Assembly: GCA_001724265.1 (NCBI GenBank)
Contig: MEDY01000141.1
Location: 1 to 64,000 of the forward strand
Direction of reading: 5' to 3'
From: Rhizaria sp. SCN 62-66
Lineage: Eukaryota
DNA length: 64,000 nt
In this document: one piece after another, positions 57,552 through 64,000 of the stretch
Numbering within the stretch: position 1 is the stretch's first letter
Layout: each line of letters begins with the position of its first letter
Translations under genes and position numbers: made by a program
Notes under the pieces: model-generated
The model's database searches: none
What the model was told of the DNA's origin: nothing
The model's input: the letters and a program-made list of their open reading frames with translations, nothing else

Positions 57552-60500
57552 ATGCCGTCCTCCGACACTGAGCGCTCCAGTTCGAGCAGCAGCTCTAGCA
57601 GCCGCTCGCACGACAGCAAAGACCGCCCGCGCGACCGCAGCCGCGACCGCAGCAGCCGTGAACGCAGCACCCGCGACCGTGACAGCTCAGACAAGAAGGA
57701 CAGCCGCGACCGCAGTCGTGACCGTGCCCGTGACCGTGAACGCAGCAAGAGCCGCGAGCGCACCCGCGACCGCGGCGACCGTGACCGTGAGCGCACGCGT
57801 GACTGCAGCCGCGAGCGCAGCAGCGAACGCAGCAGCCGCAAGAGCAAGAGCAAGAGTGACCGCAGCGACCGCAGTGACCGCCACCGGAGTAGCCGCAGCA
57901 GCCGCCGCGACCGCGACCGTGACCGCGACCGTAGCCGGCGCCGTCGCCGCTCCCGCTCCCGCTCCTCTGACTCCAGCTCTAGCGGCTCTAGTTCTGACTC
58001 TAACAGCTTTGAATCTGACGACGATGACCGCAAACACCGCAAGGACCGTAAAAAGGGCAGTAGCTCACGCGGTGTCGCCGCGTCCCAGTCCTTGAAGCAC
58101 GCCCCCAAAGAGGAGCAACCCGCCGCGCCGGTGCTTTCCTCCACCGAACGCGAGGCCCGCCTGCGCGCAGTTCGCGAAATGCTAAACAACAACCCTCTCC
58201 TGCGCTCGGGCGGCTTAACTTCGACCGGCGGCGGTACTGGGAGTACTAACGTGCTTGATGACGAGGCTGACCCGACTGCACGGCCGTTCGTGTGGCGCAA
58301 GAAGGTCGAGAAGGCTGCCGAAGAGGGCGTGCGCGTGGACACCTCAGCGGCGGCGTATGAGAGCAAGCTGATCGCGCACCAGGGTGAGATCGTACGGCTG
58401 CAGCAGACGCGCGTACAGCGTGATAAAGAGAAGCTTGAGAGTGAAGCGTTCCGTGAACAGGCAGTGCGCGACCTCGACATGGAGGAAAACCTCGGTTGGG
58501 ACGCCAAGGAAGAGGAGTTTCACCGTCTGCAAGCGATGCGCAAGAGTGAGATCCGGCTCAAAGACGGCCGCGCGCGCGTCGTCGACGTGCTGTCGCTCAA
58601 CGTGCACGTCAAGCTGCTGTGTGACGACCCCGAGGCCGCCGCGAAGGCCGGGCTTGCGCTGGGCGAGTCGCAGCGCGAAGTGACCGCGCGGCTTGACTTC
58701 ATCGCGACGCTCGAGGCGACGCGCCTGTCGCCCGCGGGCGTGGTCGCCACGGTCTGCGCGGTGCCCGCGCTGGAGGAGCTCCTGGCGGACCTCACGGAGC
58801 TCGTCAAGCTGGGCGGGGCGCCCTGGGTGGGGCGCTACTGGGGGCATCTGCGCACTGTCACCGCGCGCGAGATAGCCATCGCCCGCCGCGTCACTGCGCA
58901 AAACCCCGCTTTGGCGCCCTACAACAGCAACGACTCGCAGTCGCAGCCGCCGCAGAGGCCGTCGTACCACTTGCAGAGCCAGATGTCTGGCTTCCGCTCC
59001 GGCTCGAGCTTTGGCTCGGGCGCGGGGTCTGCGACGCTGACCGGGGCGGCGGCACTGCAGTCTGAAAGCTGGCCCGAGGCCGTGCGCGCTGCCGCCGCCG
59101 CGGCCGTGGTTGCCGCCGAGTCCGGCGTGTCGGTCACTGTTGCCGCAGACGTTCTTGCGCTGCTCACGCGGAAGAACCTCAAGTCGATTACAGCGCTCGA
59201 GATGGACGTGGCTGCCCGTCTGCGCAGCGCTACCAGCAGCACCAGCGGCGACAGCAGTGGTAGCGGTGGGGATGCGCGGTACTGGGAGGTTGTCTCGGCT
59301 GAGCTGCGCGTGGCGAAGGCGCGCGCGTGGCTCTCCGCGTTCCACCGGTCCGTGCTGCGGCAGCGCGTGCGCACGTTGCGTGCACAGGCCGAGGAGGATG
59401 AGCGCGCGCTGATGCTGGAGGCCGCGGCGGCGGGGCAGGTGCCGCGCGGGTTCGGCGACCAGGCCTTCTCTGCATCTGCCTCTGCAGCTGCTTCCTCATC
59501 CTCTGCTGCTGCTGCTGCTGCTGGTGGTGGTGCTGTTGACAGCGCTGCTTCAGAGAGTCAACAACATCAGTCAAGCGATGACAACGCGACCGTTTCTGCG
59601 ACCAAGAACACGATGGGCGACCTCGACGACACCGCTGGCGACGCTGCCGCGGCGGCTCCTGTGTCTGTCCCGACTGACGAGACCGCGGCTGCGCAGGATG
59701 GCGACGAGGAAGAAGAGGAGGACGCCGCTGCCGTCGCCGCAGCCGCCGAGGCCGCTGCCGCTGCCGCCGCCGCCGACGCCGCCGTACTCCGTGCCGTGCT
59801 GTCCGCGCCCGCGCCGCCGCCGCCGCGCGCGCTGCCGCTGTCGTCGCTGCCACCGTCCACCGCCGCCGACACGCCGACCGCCGCCGCGGCCGCGGCTTCA
59901 CTGGCGGCGCAGCGGGCCGTGGTGCTGCAAGAGCGCGCTGAGGAAGCCGACGCCGCGCTATGGGCCTCGCTGCAGGCGCTACAGGCGAAAAAGGAGGCGC
60001 TCCGCATGGGCGCCGTAGGGGCCGTGCGCGCGGACGGCACCGCGGACCTGTTCTGCACTGTGCCGCCCGCCATCGCGCCCGCCGCCGCCGCGGCCGCGGT
60101 CGTCGCTGCCGCGCGCAGCCTCGGCACGGAGCCCCTCGACAGCGCCATCGCGGGCGGGGCCGGATCTACTGCGTCCGCGGCGGCCGCGGCGGAGGACGCG
60201 TTGTTTGCCGCTGTCGCCAAGGAGCAGCGTGCGGGCGCGGACGAGGAAGGCATGGCGCGTGAGGGTGAGGTTGCGCTGGCGCCGCGGCGTTATGAATGGC
60301 TGGACCGGTTCCGTCCGCGCAAACCGCGGTATTTCAACAAGGTCAAGACAGGGTTCGACTGGAACAAGTACAACTCGACGCACTACGACAAGGAGAACCC
60401 GCCACCCAAGGTGGTGCAGGGGTACAAGTTCAACATCTTCTACCCCGATCTGGTGGACCCGCGCGTCGCGCCGACGTACCGCATCGAGCCCGATCCGGAG

Positions 60501-60677
60501 GGCAATCCGGACTACTGCGTCATCCGCTTCTCTGCGGGCGCACCGTACGAGGATGTCGCGTTTAAGATCGTGCGCAAGCAGTGGAATAACGCGCCGAAGC
60601 ACGGGTTTAAGTGCGTCTTCCAGCGCGGCGTGCTCTCGCTTTGGTTCAACTTTAAGCGCATCTTCTACCGACGGTAA
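57552..60677 (+). CDS. CACTIN: Cactin (spliceosome-associated splicing factor)
   Basis: RS/RD-rich N-terminus, PFVWRKK, EEEFHRLQAMRKSEIRLKDGRA, and the conserved C-terminus RKPRYFNKVKTGFDWNKYNSTHYDKENPPPKVVQGYKFNIFYPDL...AGAPYEDVAFKIV...FNFKRIFYRR. Stop TAA. Confidence 0.97.
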   Translation: MPSSDTERSSSSSSSSSRSHDSKDRPRDRSRDRSSRERSTRDRDSSDKKDSRDRSRDRARDRERSKSRERTRDRGDRDRERTRDCSRERSSERSSRKSKSKSDRSDRSDRHRSSRSSRRDRDRDRDRSRRRRRSRSRSSDSSSSGSSSDSNSFESDDDDRKHRKDRKKGSSSRGVAASQSLKHAPKEEQPAAPVLSSTEREARLRAVREMLNNNPLLRSGGLTSTGGGTGSTNVLDDEADPTARPFVWRKKVEKAAEEGVRVDTSAAAYESKLIAHQGEIVRLQQTRVQRDKEKLESEAFREQAVRDLDMEENLGWDAKEEEFHRLQAMRKSEIRLKDGRARVVDVLSLNVHVKLLCDDPEAAAKAGLALGESQREVTARLDFIATLEATRLSPAGVVATVCAVPALEELLADLTELVKLGGAPWVGRYWGHLRTVTAREIAIARRVTAQNPALAPYNSNDSQSQPPQRPSYHLQSQMSGFRSGSSFGSGAGSATLTGAAALQSESWPEAVRAAAAAAVVAAESGVSVTVAADVLALLTRKNLKSITALEMDVAARLRSATSSTSGDSSGSGGDARYWEVVSAELRVAKARAWLSAFHRSVLRQRVRTLRAQAEEDERALMLEAAAAGQVPRGFGDQAFSASASAAASSSSAAAAAAGGGAVDSAASESQQHQSSDDNATVSATKNTMGDLDDTAGDAAAAAPVSVPTDETAAAQDGDEEEEEDAAAVAAAAEAAAAAAAADAAVLRAVLSAPAPPPPRALPLSSLPPSTAADTPTAAAAAASLAAQRAVVLQERAEEADAALWASLQALQAKKEALRMGAVGAVRADGTADLFCTVPPAIAPAAAAAAVVAAARSLGTEPLDSAIAGGAGSTASAAAAAEDALFAAVAKEQRAGADEEGMAREGEVALAPRRYEWLDRFRPRKPRYFNKVKTGFDWNKYNSTHYDKENPPPKVVQGYKFNIFYPDLVDPRVAPTYRIEPDPEGNPDYCVIRFSAGAPYEDVAFKIVRKQWNNAPKHGFKCVFQRGVLSLWFNFKRIFYRR

Positions 60678-61199
60678 TTAAAGGCACGGCTTATTATTAT
60701 AGCTCTATTTCAGCGCTTCTGCTCTAGTCTTAACAACCCGTTTTATTCTTATTGATTCTAGTACGAATACACATATTAAATTCGATCGGCGTGCTGCTTG
60801 ATGTTCATGAACTTGTTTTTATTGGCCATATTTTCGTTACTGGTGATCCTTGTGTTGTTATTGTTGTTGTTAGTCAGCGTGACTTTAATAGGAGTGCACT
60901 CGTCAGCGTACGGAATAGTTAAGCGCATAATAATTAGCGGAAAACGTATCTTCAATCAACAAATGAAAATCAAATTAAATCACAAATAATCATGCTATCC
61001 TTTTTTTGTCGGCGATTTGACTGCGTGTGATCCACTGAACCGGTGAGTAGTGACGTGGCAATGAATAAAGACGTATGATTGATAATATGCACATTCCAAA
61101 AGTATATGACTTGAAATAAGAAGCACAATGAAATATTAAAATAAAAAAGATATGAAACTGTGTATCAAAGTTACGTTCTTGTCAAAATTGTTTGTCTTT

Positions 61200-62490
61200 T
61201 TACCGGAAACGCGACTGTGACTGTGTGCGTGAGTGTGGCATGGGCGACGGACTGATGCCAAAACGGGCACCTAACGGCTCCACAGCCTCTACTGCACCGT
61301 TGCCGTCATCGTCACCGCTGGTATCACCCGCGCTGTCGCGACTAGCATGCGTGTCCCTCTTACTCGCACCCACATTAGAGCCATTGCTACTGCGGCCCTG
61401 CTGTTGTTGCTGTTGCTGCTGTTGCTGGGTGACGAGCGCGCCAATGCGCTTCTCGTAATCGCGGATTTGCTCTCGCAGCACCGAGACCGTCAGCGCAGCT
61501 TCCTCCGCCGCCGCCGCGCGCGCCGCAGCCGCCTCACCCTGCCAGTCTTGCAGTCGTGCCGCAGCCTGCGCAGTCTGCTCCCGCGCGGCCGTGAGCTCGG
61601 CGTCGGCACGTGCCTGCCACTGCGCGAAACCAACCTTGGCTTCGTCCAGCGCGCGGGCCTGCGCGGACACCTGGGACTCGAGGCGGCTTAACTTCGATGG
61701 GCAGCTCGCGTGCACGAGTGACAGTTCCGCAACGTGGGCCGACAACGACGCCACCTGCTGTCGCAACACTGGCAACATACCACCCTCTTCTGCAGCGTCT
61801 GCGGGAGAGCTCGCAGTGGCAGCACTAGCGCTACCGCTGCTGTCAGAAGAGCTAGCAGAGAGTGATTGTGTGAGTGTGTCAATATGCGCGCAATAAACCG
61901 CGCGCTCGCGTTCAAGCTCACTCACACGCTCACGCAGCTCCGATACATCCGCAGCACTACCGACGACAGCGGCGTCATCGCCATTCGTACTCTCAGACGC
62001 GTCAGCACCCCGGACACCACCGCGCGCGTCGCTGTTGATGTTCGCGTTGGCGTTGGCGGTCGCGCTAGCGACAATCCCCTCGGCCCGCGCCAGCGCCTCA
62101 GCGTCGACACCGAGTCCGGCGAGCATCGCGCGCAGCCCCTGCGCCGCCGCAGCCGCCGCCTGGCAGCGGGCCTCCGCGGCGGCCTCGGCCTGCTCTGCGC
62201 GGCGCGCGCGCGCCGTCTCGCCCTCGGCGCGGGCCAGCGCTGCGGTTGTTTCGACGCGTGCGGCCACGGCGGCGGCGTCGGCGGTGTCGGCGAGACGGCG
62301 GTACGTCTCTGCCACGGCCAATGGCACTACGGATGAGTTCGAACCAGCAGCACTAGAGCCAGAGCCGCTAAAAGTGCCACCAGTGGTGGAGTTCATAGTG
62401 TTCGCACCTGATGAGCTGTTGCTGTTGCCGTTGGGGTTGTTGTTGTTGCCACCGAGCATGCTGCTCCCGCCAGCGAGTGCTGTGTTAGCG

Positions 62491-62549
<59 letters not shown>

Positions 62550-64000
62550 ATTGTTGTTGTTAAGAGGGGACATGACTGTGGCAGCGACTGAGAATGCGGT
62601 CGGCGACCCCACCACAGAAGCATCCCAGCCACTTCCACTGACAGAACCCCCCTCGTTCTCCTCCCCCGCCACCGCAACGACACTGTTGTTCGCGATTAGA
62701 TTCGCGTTCGCGGCGCGGAGGTTCGAGTTGAGGACGCGGTCTGCGGAGAGCCGCGCTGTGGCGGCCGCGAGCTCGGCCTTGGCGTGCTCGTAGTGCGCGG
62801 ATAGCGCGGCGAGCTCGGACGTGCGGGACGCGAGACTGCGCTCGGCGGTGGACAGACGCACGTGCAGTGACGCCAAAACAGCAGTCGACGCAGCATTTGA
62901 GGCAACGGTTGCAGCAGCAGTCGCCGCAGCAGTGGCAGTGGAGTCGGTGTGAGTCGAACTCTTCACAGTATCGACAGCAGACGAGTCAGCAGACTGCGAG
63001 TTATCGCTGACAGCCTCAGCTTCAGCCGTTTCGGTCTGGCCAGCACTAGAGCCAGAGTCAGAGTTAGCACGGAGGGCTTGTTGACGTGCATTTTCCTGCA
63101 TCTGTACTTGCACTGGCGCCGGCACAGCTTGCTGTTGCTGTTGCTGTAAGCGTGAGTGTAAGTACTGCTCGAGCACACTGGGCAGTGGAACCGTGGCACC
63201 GGACGGGAGCCGCACAGTCACCAACTGCGCTGACACCGGCCCGCCGTCACCACCCGCAGCGACACAGTGCGACGACGACGACGACAACGCAGCTGCTGCT
63301 GTGCTCGATGCAGCGGTGCTGAAGTACGCTCCCGTCGCTACCGCAAGCGCAGGCGCAGCGGAAAGAGTCACCGTAGCCAGCGGCAACAGCGCAAGCTCAC
63401 TCTCAACATCGCCGTGATCCTCGCTCTGCTCAGCATCAGCATCAGGGTGAACAGTCCCACTGTTGGCTTGTGTGTAAGCACGAGCGTGCGCGTGCGCGGA
63501 GACCCTCGCGCGCGCACCTGCGCCGACAGCGGCCGCAGCTACAGCGCGGCGCACCGCCGCCGCCTCCTCACTCGCGCGCGCGGCCTCCGCCCTAGCCCGC
63601 GCCGCGTCGGCCTGCGCCGCGGCAACGTTCGCCCGCAGTCCCGGCACTGTCGCGGCGTCCGCCATGGCCTCCGCGGCGGTCGCCTCCGCCCGCGCCAGCG
63701 CCGCGCTAGTGGTGGCGAGCCGCGACGCGAGGTTGAGTGTGGCGAGCAGCGGTTCCAAGGCGGCGGGCAGCGCGGCAAGGGAGGGGGAGAACGCGGAGGC
63801 ACGCGCCGCGCCGCCGCCGAACAGCGGGGATGCGGAGGCCGACATTGAGGATGATGCGGCAATGGAGAGCAAGTTGGCCCCGGCGCCGGCGCGCGAGTGC
63901 GTACGCGTGCTTGGCGTGGAGTCAACATGAGCAAACGCACTAGGCAACTGCAACTGCAAAAAGTTGTTATCCCTGTTATCGAGCAGACTGCGGCCGTTGA
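61200..64000 (-). CDS. 3' part of a coiled-coil, low-complexity protein of unknown function; the frame is open to the window edge
   Basis: The 919-aa ORF continues upstream without a stop (..NGRSLLDNRDNNFLQLQLPS). Heptad-like segments (VSELRERVSELERER, LSRLESQVSAQARALDEAK), poly-Q, poly-N. Stop TAA at 61200-61202. Confidence 0.75.
62490..62561. repeat. (TTG/AAC)n microsatellite encoding poly-Asn
   Basis: About 23-24 near-perfect TTG units on the + strand. Confidence 0.95.

Overview
This is a gene-dense, intron-poor eukaryotic (protist-like) window. GC-rich coding regions are separated by short AT-rich spacers, and there are five GT-AG introns, all with GTACG(T/C) donors. I support nine protein-coding genes: a giant ~10,500-aa multi-domain surface/membrane protein (minus strand, 31923->240), a GDT1/TMEM165 transporter, a C69 dipeptidase, a secreted DUF5107 protein, a CLASP/TOG-like + metallophosphoesterase fusion, a GPC1-type acyltransferase, a divergent MED1-like protein, cactin, and a 5'-truncated coiled-coil protein. 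The main signal is that the ORF track breaks two genes at seven in-frame TAG codons (24285, 27324, 29304 on minus; 45583, 45715, 48820, 48859 on plus). At each site the same frame continues. In the giant gene, internal-repeat homology runs across the TAG. In the fusion gene, read-through yields a C-terminal CaaX motif. In my models all nine genes end in TAA (7) or TGA (2). The simplest reading is a variant nuclear genetic code in which UAG alone is a rarely used sense codon, probably Gln (Glu possible), while UAA and UGA remain stops. Domain calls come from motif recognition by eye; no database searches were run.
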